DNA from: a virus | Virus record (IMG/VR): IMGVR_UViG_3300021373_003070 | DNA: 64,000 bases | Strand: one strand, 5' to 3' | Shown here: piece by piece, positions 29,900-39,406 of the stretch | How the letters are laid out: every line of letters begins with the position of its first letter | Position numbering within the stretch: the first letter of the stretch is position 1 | Notes under the pieces: generated by a model | Database searches by the model: none | Told to the model about the DNA's origin: nothing | Seen by the model: only the letters and a program-made list of their open reading frames with translations | Translations under genes and position numbers: made by a program

Positions 29900-31065
29900 T
29901 TGAAACTACAAAATATTATGATGAATTCATAAGGTACTTCAACTTAGCCTATAAACAGCAAGAGCTATGTAATGTATCTGATAAAGAACCTTATGGCATG
30001 GTCGCACATAAGGATTCGAATCTCGGTGATGATCTCATGGAGAATGTTGAATTATATGATGTAGTCGAACGCAAATATGCAGGCTTTTCTCAGATCATAA
30101 ATGATTGTTTTTATGGATGGACAGAAGATCATCCATATTGGAAAAAGATGCAGGCGGGCTTGTGTACCCGTCAACGAGAGACCGTCGCCAAAGACTGGAC
30201 CGGTAAACAAGACGTATTCTCTCTTCCTGAATGGCTCTATGTTTTTATCCTTCATAGAGTCACCGGTTCAGCAATTAACTATGCCCAGAAACCATCTGGG
30301 TATTTTAACACCATCCTCTTCAATCTCCATCAGTGTGATACAATAGAAGAGATGGTGCAGCTGGCGAAGCACTACCCGGTACCCTTCTATACCTCAGTCG
30401 GTTACCAGTTCCCAGCGTTTCCAAAACCAGTCGGCGACTATAAGAAAGGCGGTGATTATTACCTCGGTGAATTTGCCCCTCGATTAGCTCGCGATCTCGC
30501 GGACCATTTGACGATGGGTCCTCGCAAGGACCTTCGCGAGATTGGTGAGTTTATGCTGAAGTGGAATGAAGACAATGGTCTTCGACGCTATCAGTTTCAA
30601 TACGCAGCTGTAGTCGCTGACGTCGCCGACTGGTTTCCTCAATACGTTAACCGTGAAAGCATGTTCTATTACGGTACAAATGCAGTAGAATGTATCTCTT
30701 ACTTGGCTAAACCTGTCAAGAAGATGAAAAAAGAGTTGTTCCTTGATGCCGTCATGACGAAAATATATGATGATACAGGAAGTGTACCATATAATGCTGA
30801 AGATGTATGTTGCGACTTCATTCGTTATGTTGAAAATTATGTTCGCCCTGGTCCGGAATATAATCATTTAGATTATGATAATCTGTGGTCGTCATGCGGC
30901 ATCAAGGATCACCCTTATGGAAGACAGAAATATATGTTGGATATGGGGTTGATAGAAACTTTTAATGGCATGAAAAATCATCCATCTGATGATGCAATTC
31001 TAAAAAATAATGAAATGACTGTTGAAGAGTACCAACGTAATGTCGCTAACTTACTTTCTAGGTGA
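29896..31065 (+). CDS. aGPT-PPlase1/5-HMUDK-like helical (HhH-glycosylase-fold) DNA-modification protein, copy 1
   Basis: F.YA.VVAD.......G.NA...I..L and a C-terminal N.EDVCCDF.RY resemble the family's E..LC.F.KY motif. Confidence 0.55.
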   Translation: MIETTKYYDEFIRYFNLAYKQQELCNVSDKEPYGMVAHKDSNLGDDLMENVELYDVVERKYAGFSQIINDCFYGWTEDHPYWKKMQAGLCTRQRETVAKDWTGKQDVFSLPEWLYVFILHRVTGSAINYAQKPSGYFNTILFNLHQCDTIEEMVQLAKHYPVPFYTSVGYQFPAFPKPVGDYKKGGDYYLGEFAPRLARDLADHLTMGPRKDLREIGEFMLKWNEDNGLRRYQFQYAAVVADVADWFPQYVNRESMFYYGTNAVECISYLAKPVKKMKKELFLDAVMTKIYDDTGSVPYNAEDVCCDFIRYVENYVRPGPEYNHLDYDNLWSSCGIKDHPYGRQKYMLDMGLIETFNGMKNHPSDDAILKNNEMTVEEYQRNVANLLSR

Positions 31066-32032
31066 ACACGAAAATGATATCCAATATCAGAACATTGCTG
31101 AGGTGGATTACAAAAACGGCAAACCTACGTCGTCGTGGTTAAAAGGTTGGTGTCAAGAAGCTCGAACTGAAAAGTTTTTCGAGTTCTGTCGTGGCTACGA
31201 TGCACGTCAAGACTTTTTACTAAAGAACAACTATCAACAATTCTCACATCGATTGCACTGGCACGAATGTCCTTTTGTTGACGAGATGGCACAAGAGAAA
31301 GACAGAGTCAAGGTACTCGAAGCATGCGTTCTCTTCTCATTTAGCAACGAGCATTGGCAAACATTCAGAGCATGGCGTGATCATGGTCAAGACGGTATGA
31401 GAGTAAGATTTACAAGCTATCGTCATGCTCGTAGCGATCTGTTTCAGATCTACTATCCAAAAGATACGAAGGTCAAAGACTGGCTCATCGAAGCGCCAGC
31501 TCGTATTGCACTTGAGCTCGATTCATTATTCGATGGCATGCGTAGACCGTTCACGATGATGGAATTTGCCAAAAAAATGAACATCATCATGGTCCGCGAT
31601 TTTGGTTTTCGTAATGCCATGTACCCGTCAAAGAATGCAGCGCGACATGTAGCGATGAGCCATCCTGAGTGGGTTGATCCTGACTCGTTCTTACATGGTG
31701 GTACAGGATACTTCGATGGTTTGTCGCAGATCTTTGACTGTCCACATCTTATGTCAAGATCAAAGTATGAGATTGATGAGGATGGTGAATACGTACCGAT
31801 GAATAAATGGGCAGAGATGCAGATCCAACACATGGACTATCTCAAAAATCATCCTAGCAATCCTATTCATACACATCAGTATCTCAACTTAGAAGACAAG
31901 CTATGTATGCATTACAAGTTTATGTCAATGAAGCTAGGTTCTAAAAAGCAAACAAAGATGATACCATATAACTGGGTGTATCCAGAGAATTGGTCTCTTA
32001 AAACAAATAGGTATGATCGTGGCACACAATAA
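31040..32032 (+). CDS. aGPT-PPlase1/5-HMUDK-like protein, copy 2
   Basis: D.LL..NY..F..R, P.WVDPDS...GTG...GL..IF, NLEDKLC...K; paralogous to the upstream ORF. Confidence 0.5.
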   Translation: MSLTYFLGEHENDIQYQNIAEVDYKNGKPTSSWLKGWCQEARTEKFFEFCRGYDARQDFLLKNNYQQFSHRLHWHECPFVDEMAQEKDRVKVLEACVLFSFSNEHWQTFRAWRDHGQDGMRVRFTSYRHARSDLFQIYYPKDTKVKDWLIEAPARIALELDSLFDGMRRPFTMMEFAKKMNIIMVRDFGFRNAMYPSKNAARHVAMSHPEWVDPDSFLHGGTGYFDGLSQIFDCPHLMSRSKYEIDEDGEYVPMNKWAEMQIQHMDYLKNHPSNPIHTHQYLNLEDKLCMHYKFMSMKLGSKKQTKMIPYNWVYPENWSLKTNRYDRGTQ

Positions 32033-32903
32033 TCATGTAATCGATGGCGTCAACAAAGACGTAGGAGTTTTTGGCTATGAAGCAGCAAAAGAATACTACT
32101 TATCTCTCACTGAAGGATGGGAACCATTCAATCCAGATCCCGTTGTCCGTGAACATGAAGGAGTACGGGTCGTTAGAGATGACCTTATCATGGGGACAAA
32201 ATCGCGAGCTGGCGATCTCCTTGCCTTCAAAGCCCCTGCCGAAACGTTGGTATACTGTCAGCCAAGGACTGGACTCGCTGGGGTATCGTTATTAGATGTA
32301 GCTAAACATCACAATCGTAAGGTTGTCTTGTTTATGCCATCATCAAAGAGAGTATCACATCATCAGGCATGTTGTATAGAACGTGGAGCAGAAGTGCATT
32401 TCCATCGTATTGCAGCGATGCCAAATCTTAACAAAAAGGCAAAAGAATATGCAGAAAAACATGGATACTTTTTCATCCCTCTTGGTCTTAGACACGAGTA
32501 CGCTACCGCCGCAATTGTACACGCAGCTAGTAAAATACCTGAGCCAGATGAAGTGTACGTTGCTACTTCGACTGGAGTTCTCAATCGCGCTCTTCAAATT
32601 GCATGGCCAAATGCTCGTATCAATGGTATTGCCGTCGCTCGTAACATGAAGGCCGGCGAGCTAGGTCGATCTACCATTACATCAGAACCTTTGCCATTCA
32701 TAAAAGCAGAGAAGAAAGAAAATCTACCACCGTTCCCGTCCATCGACACATATGATGGTAAGGTGTGGAAATACATTCCAAAAAATAGTGGTAAAAATAT
32801 ACTTTTTTGGAATGTAGGTACTGAACCTAGTTTACAAGATGATACAATCTATGATAGAATAGATTCATATCGCGATTGGGAGAAAAATAATGCATCAGCG
32901 TAG
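32013..32903 (+). CDS. Fold-type II PLP-dependent enzyme (ACC deaminase/D-Cys desulfhydrase-like)
   Basis: VRDDL..GTKSR (Schiff-base Lys), YFFIPLG, V..STGV phosphate loop, D.YDGK, LFWNVG. Confidence 0.8.
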   Translation: MIVAHNNHVIDGVNKDVGVFGYEAAKEYYLSLTEGWEPFNPDPVVREHEGVRVVRDDLIMGTKSRAGDLLAFKAPAETLVYCQPRTGLAGVSLLDVAKHHNRKVVLFMPSSKRVSHHQACCIERGAEVHFHRIAAMPNLNKKAKEYAEKHGYFFIPLGLRHEYATAAIVHAASKIPEPDEVYVATSTGVLNRALQIAWPNARINGIAVARNMKAGELGRSTITSEPLPFIKAEKKENLPPFPSIDTYDGKVWKYIPKNSGKNILFWNVGTEPSLQDDTIYDRIDSYRDWEKNNASA

Positions 32904-33993
32904 TGGATTAGTAGCAACACCTTTTATTACAATCTCACGCCAATTAAGTAGCCATAGAGCTGCGCAAGGTGTTATATATGCCGATCAATTACAAGAAGCT
33001 AACGTTGGCCAGATTAAAGTCAACATGACAGGGGACCAATACGAAAGTGAATTCAGTAATTATGATGACCTGTATGTATATCATGGCAATGATTGGAGTG
33101 GCAATATTAATCTTTTTGGCGGTCTCAATAATTTCCCTTATATTGAAAACTTTGTCAATTTCTCTAGATTTACTGGTAAAGTGTATTCCCTTGTTATTGA
33201 TATGCCTGATTATTATGGCCTTATGAAAGAGAAGTTCGACAAGGCTAAAGAAAAAGGCAAAGAATGGAATCCTTTATGGGATGGCATCGATTGGGATAAT
33301 CTCAAACGAATGTGTGAAACTGCCGAAACGATTGTGCCTAACGAACTACACAAATTTACAAAAATGTCTGTCGGTGATAGTCATGCAATATGCATGTATC
33401 GCCCGGGCTGGAACAATCTATCCGTACCATTCAAGACATTACACGGCGCATTGAAAGAAGGACTCGAATCATTTCTCGAAGATAGAACATATACACATCT
33501 AGAATTTTACTTTGGCAACATCGATGTAAGACATCACCTTTGTCGTCAAGATGATCCTGTAGCTGCCACACGACAACTCGTTGCAGAGTATATGAAGCAG
33601 GCTCATGCCATTGCACAGAAGTATAATTGCAAAATTCGTATCTACGAACTCCTGCCAATCGAAGCAGAAACACGATCTATTCCAAAAACTGGTTGGTATA
33701 AAGGTACGCCGTTCTATGGCTCTCGTCAAGAGAGAAATGATATTCGCAAGTTGTTCAAAGAAGAAGTAAGAAAGAGATGCACAGACGAGGTGCAACTTTA
33801 CGAGTGGATTGGTGAGATGGTTAACTCGAGAGGTGAACTCGATTTTGAGTTTATGGAACGACCTCAGTCAGTACATTTATCTCGTCGTTGGTATCCACAT
33901 TGGCAAGGCTATCAGTGGAGTCACGCTCCGTATGTTGAATATATACCTACAGCAGAGCGAGAAACAACTACACTTGAGGATTTTTTTAGCTAA
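32890..33993 (+). CDS. Two-domain protein: BGT-N-like domain fused to an SGNH-like domain
   Basis: N-terminal NYDDLYV...INLFGG...GKVYSLVID; C-terminal GDSH, FGNID, SVHL blocks. Confidence 0.5.
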   Translation: MHQRSGLVATPFITISRQLSSHRAAQGVIYADQLQEANVGQIKVNMTGDQYESEFSNYDDLYVYHGNDWSGNINLFGGLNNFPYIENFVNFSRFTGKVYSLVIDMPDYYGLMKEKFDKAKEKGKEWNPLWDGIDWDNLKRMCETAETIVPNELHKFTKMSVGDSHAICMYRPGWNNLSVPFKTLHGALKEGLESFLEDRTYTHLEFYFGNIDVRHHLCRQDDPVAATRQLVAEYMKQAHAIAQKYNCKIRIYELLPIEAETRSIPKTGWYKGTPFYGSRQERNDIRKLFKEEVRKRCTDEVQLYEWIGEMVNSRGELDFEFMERPQSVHLSRRWYPHWQGYQWSHAPYVEYIPTAERETTTLEDFFS

Positions 33994-35201
33994 TGAAGCA
34001 TGCGACTATTATTCCATTAATTGGAGGTGAAGTGCTCGCCTCCGAAAAGGTGTTCGGCCATAAGCCGGATTATATCCTATCATATAATGCGTTTCAAGCA
34101 AACGAAGAGCACCTACTAAATTATTGGAATCATGAGGTACCGTACTACGTACTCGACGAAGGGGATCGCCACCCCCATCCCGTAGACGTAGTGTCCAGTG
34201 TATGTCCTTGTGCTGGCTTGTCATTGTTCAGCACGCGTTATGGAGAGGACAACAAAAACAATCGCTGGATGATTGAAACGGCTAAGTACGTTCTTGGCGA
34301 GATCAAGCCTCTTGTATTTTGGGGAGAGAATGCCCCAACCTTCACCGGTAAAATCGGTGCACCAATTCGAAATCAACTTATCGAAGTTGGTAAAGAACAC
34401 GGTTATGTTATGTCAATGTTTAAGACAAAAAGTCTTTTGCACGGCATACCACAAACACGCGAACGTACATTCTACTTCTTCTGGAAAGGAGACAAGGTAC
34501 CAGTGTTTGACTACTATCGTAGAGACATGACATCAATCGAAGATCTTATACTGAGTGTCGATCGTGATCCTAAGGATCCGATGTCTGAAGTCATTAATAG
34601 AACCAAACCAACAGACAATCCTTTCTACAAATATTTACTTGAGGAGATTCACGGTGGAATATCTCATCGCGATCATTTTGATTCCATTGATGTGCGGGAC
34701 CCTTCAACTCCTAATTATCTTGATGTATATAGCCTCATTGAAAGCCATAAACACGACTACGTCCGTGTTGGAAAATGGCTGGAAAATAAAGGCTATGACC
34801 GCGAATCGAAGCGAGCTTATCGAATGTATGATAAGTTGGAGTCAGGTGGTAATATTATGCGCCGCGGCACTATTCTGCCTAAAGGTCATATCGGATCATT
34901 TGTAGGTCACTATCCTCAGATGCTAACACATCCACATGAAGATCGATACATTACATTTCGAGAAGCAATGACAATCATGGGTCTGCCTGAAGATTATCAG
35001 CTTCTCAATCCTCGTGGTAGCTTCAATCATATATGTCAGAATGTACCTTATCAGACAGCTGTAGATATGGCTACCGAAGTAAAGGCAGCAATCGAAGGTC
35101 AACGACCATGGGTTGATGCTAACGTTTCTTTGCAGCAAAACACATCTAAAAAGTTTGAAATTTTAGACAAAGAAGAATCTACACTTGAATCATTTTTCTA
35201 G
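33993..35201 (+). CDS. DNA cytosine-C5 methyltransferase-like protein with atypical motif I
   Basis: PCAGLS (IV), GENAP (VI), PQTRERTF (VIII), R.IT.REA..IMGLP (IX), QNVP (X); motif I reads IPLIGG instead of FxGxGG. Confidence 0.8.
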   Translation: MKHATIIPLIGGEVLASEKVFGHKPDYILSYNAFQANEEHLLNYWNHEVPYYVLDEGDRHPHPVDVVSSVCPCAGLSLFSTRYGEDNKNNRWMIETAKYVLGEIKPLVFWGENAPTFTGKIGAPIRNQLIEVGKEHGYVMSMFKTKSLLHGIPQTRERTFYFFWKGDKVPVFDYYRRDMTSIEDLILSVDRDPKDPMSEVINRTKPTDNPFYKYLLEEIHGGISHRDHFDSIDVRDPSTPNYLDVYSLIESHKHDYVRVGKWLENKGYDRESKRAYRMYDKLESGGNIMRRGTILPKGHIGSFVGHYPQMLTHPHEDRYITFREAMTIMGLPEDYQLLNPRGSFNHICQNVPYQTAVDMATEVKAAIEGQRPWVDANVSLQQNTSKKFEILDKEESTLESFF

Positions 35202-35230
35202 TGTACATTCTTGTCCACATGCTGTACAAT
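35202..35230 (+). promoter_or_regulatory. Early-type promoter TGTACA-N17-TACAAT
   Basis: Recurrent motif. Confidence 0.7.
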
Positions 35231-35259
35231 TTATAAATCTTATCGAATATAGGTAAACT

Positions 35260-36237
35260 ATGGAAATCAATGTACCAGTCGAAGAACTTCGCCAATATAA
35301 GGTGATGATTGGCACACCAATGTACGGGGCTCAATGCTCAGGTATGTACACGCGATCGATGGCAGAGTTAACAACTACGATGCAGCGATATGGTGTTCCG
35401 ATGCAATTTTATTTCTTGTTCAATGAATCTCTTATTACTCGAGCACGTAACTATTGTGTTGATGAGTTTATGCGATCTGATTGCACGCATCTTATGTTCA
35501 TCGATTCTGACATCTCATTTAAAGCACAAGATGTACTATCGATGCTAGCTATTATGCATCAACGACAAGAAATGGATGTGTGTTGTGCACCATATCCGAA
35601 GAAGACAATTGCATGGGAAAAAATTACTCAGGCTGTCAAGAGTGGTGTCGCTGACGAAGATCCAAATGTCCTCGAAAATTTTGTTGGTGATTATGTCTTC
35701 AATCCAATCAGACCCAAAGAAAAGGGTGAACACTTTATCAAGTTATCAGAACCAACCGAAGTAGCAGAAGGTGGTACTGGTTTTATGATGATCAAGCGAG
35801 AAACGTTTGACAAGTATAAAGAAACATATCCACAATTTATGTATCGACCAGATCATGTTCGAACTGCACATTTTGATGGTTCAACAGAAATCATGGCATA
35901 TTTCGATGCATTGATTGATGATAAATCACAGAATCTAATACCTGAAATAAAAGCATTCTTTAAGAAGAATCCGAATGCTAAGAACAATGATGTCGTCAGG
36001 TTCCTTGAAGATAAGACAAAGGGTATCGATCAGAAGCAATACTCGAATCGATACCTGTCAGAAGATTACATGTTTTGTTATAATGTAAGACGTGCAGGAA
36101 TGAAAGTATTCATGTGTCCTTGGATGGAATTGAAACATATGGGTGCATACGTATTCGGTGGTTCTCTTGCAGCTCTCGCATCAGTTGGTGCAGCGGCTAC
36201 AGCGGATCCTGAAAAACTTGGAAAGAAAAAAGGATAA
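35260..36237 (+). CDS. GT-A fold glycosyltransferase
   Basis: TPMYG, ESLITRARN, LMFIDSD (DxD), GTGFMMI, YLSEDY.FC. Confidence 0.8.
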   Translation: MEINVPVEELRQYKVMIGTPMYGAQCSGMYTRSMAELTTTMQRYGVPMQFYFLFNESLITRARNYCVDEFMRSDCTHLMFIDSDISFKAQDVLSMLAIMHQRQEMDVCCAPYPKKTIAWEKITQAVKSGVADEDPNVLENFVGDYVFNPIRPKEKGEHFIKLSEPTEVAEGGTGFMMIKRETFDKYKETYPQFMYRPDHVRTAHFDGSTEIMAYFDALIDDKSQNLIPEIKAFFKKNPNAKNNDVVRFLEDKTKGIDQKQYSNRYLSEDYMFCYNVRRAGMKVFMCPWMELKHMGAYVFGGSLAALASVGAAATADPEKLGKKKG

Positions 36238-36245
36238 ATTATATT

Positions 36246-36899
36246 ATGAAACTCAACCAACGCTCGGTACAAATTCTCAAGAATTTTTCTACCATTAATC
36301 CGTCAATTCAGTTTCGAGAAGGTAATGCTCTCAAGACTATTTCGCCAAACAAAACCATTATGGCGAAAGCAGTTCTCGAAGATCAGATTCCACAAGACTT
36401 TGCAATCTATGACTTGTCGCGATTCTTAGGAGTGTCATCTTTGTTCGAAGATCCTGATTATGTACTCGCTGATCGCAATGTTGTGATTGCGGCACCGGGA
36501 CGACAGGTAAGTTATACTTTCGCTGATCCTAATACGATCGTGTCAGCTCCAAACAAAGACATTGATATTGGTGATGTCGATGTGCAGTTCGAACTGAAGC
36601 AAGAAGTATTTGCCGAAGTAATGAAAGCACTCGGTGTGATGAGCTTTCCTGAAGTTGTAGTTGCAGGCGAAAATGGTCGAATTGTTTTACGCGCAACTGA
36701 TACGAAGAATCCATCAGCAGATAAATATGACATTGAAGTTGGTGAAACAGATCTTGAATTCACCTCTGTCTTCAAATCCGAGAATCTCAAAATCTTATCT
36801 GGCAACTATGTTGTTGGTATCTCATCGAAAGGTATCTCACACTTCCGCGGTGATGATGTAGAATATTGGATCTCGATCGAATCGAACTCTGCTTTTTAA
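36246..36899 (+). CDS. gp45: Sliding clamp
   Basis: ILKNFSTINPSI, FAIYDLSRFL, ENLKI..G.Y. Confidence 0.95.
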   Translation: MKLNQRSVQILKNFSTINPSIQFREGNALKTISPNKTIMAKAVLEDQIPQDFAIYDLSRFLGVSSLFEDPDYVLADRNVVIAAPGRQVSYTFADPNTIVSAPNKDIDIGDVDVQFELKQEVFAEVMKALGVMSFPEVVVAGENGRIVLRATDTKNPSADKYDIEVGETDLEFTSVFKSENLKILSGNYVVGISSKGISHFRGDDVEYWISIESNSAF

Positions 36900-36901
36900 T
36901 A

Positions 36902-36919
36902 TAGGGGCGTAAGCCCCTA
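36902..36919 (+). terminator. GC hairpin after gp45, probable terminator
   Basis: TAGGGGC-GTAA-GCCCCTA; weak U-tract. Confidence 0.55.
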
Positions 36920-36930
36920 AATTATTTTGA

Positions 36931-36938
36931 TATAAATA
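36931..36938 (+). promoter_or_regulatory. Late promoter TATAAATA
   Basis: Exact consensus heading the 37.0-39.6 kb operon. Confidence 0.75.
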
Positions 36939-37001
36939 ATTCACTGATTTGTGCTTCCTTATATGATGTCTTTGTTACGAGACTTAATATGAGGAATAAT
37001 C

Positions 37002-37313
37002 ATGTCTGAAGAAAAATATCATCCTGCTGACACTAATGGTGATGGCAAGGTAAGCAAAGAAGAAGAATTGCTGTATCTGGAATTCAAGCGAAAAGAACTT
37101 GAAGATGCTGATGCGATGCGTGATGCTCAGCGTAATATGACTTGGTTTGCACTGGCTGGTCTTCTCTTATATCCATTCGCTGTCGTATTGACAGATATTA
37201 TAGATCTTGAACAAGCTGCCAAAATCCTTGGTGATATGGCTGCTACTTATTTTGTTTCCGTTGCCGGTATTGTTGCGGCGTTTTTTGGAGCGCAGGCTTG
37301 GAGCAAAAAGTAA
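37002..37313 (+). CDS. Membrane protein with an EF-hand-like loop and 2 TM helices (holin-like?)
   Basis: DTNGDGKVSKEE; two hydrophobic segments. Confidence 0.6.
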   Translation: MSEEKYHPADTNGDGKVSKEEELLYLEFKRKELEDADAMRDAQRNMTWFALAGLLLYPFAVVLTDIIDLEQAAKILGDMAATYFVSVAGIVAAFFGAQAWSKK

Positions 37314-37997
37314 ATGAGACATATGATCATATTCATTATGTTTCTGCTTTTATCAGGATCTGTAGCTGCTGAAAAAAGTATTCGTGAAGATTACATAGAA
37401 CCATCAGAACCAGTTGAAGATATTGTCGATCCTAACAATGAACAGAACGGCGATTTAAATTCTAATCAACAAAATTCAAACAATAACAATAGAAGTACAA
37501 CTAATATTGGTGCAGGAGCAGGAGCTCCGACGCCAGTACCTACGGCTATCGCTCCATCTCTCATGTCGTCTGGGAGTGATACCTGTTTACAAAGTCGAGG
37601 AACCGGTGTGCAATTATTAGATATCGGAGTTTCGCGTGGAGCATATAAGCAAGATGAAGAATGTAACCGACGACGTGACGCGAAAGTCTTCAAAGATTTA
37701 GGCATGGTGCTACCAGCAGTTAGTCGCATGTGTCAAAATGAAGACAATTGGAAAGCCATGTTTTCATCAGGCAATCCATGTCCGATATTAGTGGCCGGTA
37801 AAATGGTCTTTGGTAAGAGAGCCGTGCTGGCAATGAGAAACCAGCCAACGGTTTATATTCCTGATTACGATGAAAATAGAACTTACTACGACACAGTTTT
37901 AGGAATAGGACAAAAAGATGAAAAATCTGAAAAATCTGATGATGAGCGTAGCATTAGTGAGCGGTTCCGCACTAGCGGGTCCAGTACAGTGGAATAG
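37314..37997 (+). CDS. Secreted Cys-containing hypothetical protein
   Basis: Signal peptide; PTAIAPS..S..SD.C...C...MCQ...AM...G.PCP. Confidence 0.65.
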   Translation: MRHMIIFIMFLLLSGSVAAEKSIREDYIEPSEPVEDIVDPNNEQNGDLNSNQQNSNNNNRSTTNIGAGAGAPTPVPTAIAPSLMSSGSDTCLQSRGTGVQLLDIGVSRGAYKQDEECNRRRDAKVFKDLGMVLPAVSRMCQNEDNWKAMFSSGNPCPILVAGKMVFGKRAVLAMRNQPTVYIPDYDENRTYYDTVLGIGQKDEKSEKSDDERSISERFRTSGSSTVE

Positions 37998-38853
37998 CGT
38001 CGATAACCTCGTAACTGCTTCCGGTAGTATCAATACAACTTTAGACGCCGCTATTAAGCGTGTTGGTGGTGTACAAAGTGGAATTGGTGTTTCTGCTGGT
38101 AACATTACGCCCGATGGATTCCTAGAAACTTCTGCTACGTTGTTAACGAGTGCACAGCAAGATGCCTACAACCTTGCTGTCTTGGAAGTCACCGCGGATG
38201 TATTTTCGAAAACAGCAGCAGAGTATTTTGCTGAAGAGTATGAAACTGCGGGTATTAGCTTTAGTGAAGCAGTTGATGCATTCGTCAATGCTACTACAGC
38301 TATCGCAATTGCAAGTCATGTAGGAAATATGGCAACACAGGTACAAACATCCGGTGATGCTATTCAAGGTCAACAACTACAGGCGTATGTTCAGAACAAC
38401 TCTGTTTTGATTACGACTGCAGAACTTGATGCCTTTAACAACTCGCAAACTGCATTGCAAGATGCAGCTGATCAGTATGCTGCGGTTGCCGCAGTATATA
38501 ATGATGCGCAAATGATTTCTAATTTCCAGACTAACGCTGATTTAAACGGTGTAGATTTCTTGAATGCTGATTCAGTATTCTTAGATCGTATCGAAAATCA
38601 AGGGCTCACTGGCTTTCAGGCTGGTGTCGTAGTTGACTTTACATCAACTGCAAGCTTGATGTTAGTTGAAGATATTAGTGCTAATATTGAAACGACAAAC
38701 TTCTTTGTTAACGCAGGTGCCACGAGCTTCTTTTATACACAAGGCCCAACACAAGATGTTGACACAACTTGTTCTGTTGTAAATGGTGTACTCACTGGTA
38801 CATTCCAAAACGAAGATCCTGCAATGCCATGTTACATTGAACCAATGCCATAG
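37918..38853 (+). CDS. Secreted Ala/Thr-rich hypothetical protein
   Basis: Signal peptide ending in ALA; helical body. Confidence 0.6.
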   Translation: MKNLKNLMMSVALVSGSALAGPVQWNSVDNLVTASGSINTTLDAAIKRVGGVQSGIGVSAGNITPDGFLETSATLLTSAQQDAYNLAVLEVTADVFSKTAAEYFAEEYETAGISFSEAVDAFVNATTAIAIASHVGNMATQVQTSGDAIQGQQLQAYVQNNSVLITTAELDAFNNSQTALQDAADQYAAVAAVYNDAQMISNFQTNADLNGVDFLNADSVFLDRIENQGLTGFQAGVVVDFTSTASLMLVEDISANIETTNFFVNAGATSFFYTQGPTQDVDTTCSVVNGVLTGTFQNEDPAMPCYIEPMP

Positions 38854-38862
38854 GAAACTAAA

Positions 38863-39405
38863 ATGTCAATAGAAGAAATGGAACTAAATGTTGGCGGTAC
38901 ATCATTCAAAGGTGTATGGCTAGCAGTGCTTCTTTCATTTTCTTCTACACTTGGAGGCGGTATTTGGGCCGCCTCTGAGTTCTTCTCACGACTAAATTTG
39001 TTAGAGGAAACGGTAGAAGAATCGCTAAAAAATACTGAGCTAGTATCTGCTCGTTTCAATGATCTCAAGGAAGAGATTGATGAAGACTTAAATGATGCTG
39101 ATGTAGAAATAAACAAAGTGACTCAACAACTCTTAGACAATGATGTAGCTGGTCTACAAGGCAAGTTAGCAACACTAGGTACAAACCTAAAAAGTATTAT
39201 GGATCGACAACAAGAACTGATTACACTTGGTGAACGTATTGTCGAAGTTGAGAAAAAAATAACCGAAACTGAAACACTCGTTTCGAAAGCTGAGATACTC
39301 TTTAAAGATGCAGATAAAATCAACAATAAACTAGATGTGATTCAAAAAGAGATCGACGATTTATGGAACGGCCTCGATTATCTTTCGAATCCATACGGGA
39401 GCTAA
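38863..39405 (+). CDS. Membrane-anchored coiled-coil protein
   Basis: One TM helix then heptad repeats. Confidence 0.6.
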   Translation: MSIEEMELNVGGTSFKGVWLAVLLSFSSTLGGGIWAASEFFSRLNLLEETVEESLKNTELVSARFNDLKEEIDEDLNDADVEINKVTQQLLDNDVAGLQGKLATLGTNLKSIMDRQQELITLGERIVEVEKKITETETLVSKAEILFKDADKINNKLDVIQKEIDDLWNGLDYLSNPYGS

Positions 39406-39406
39406 T

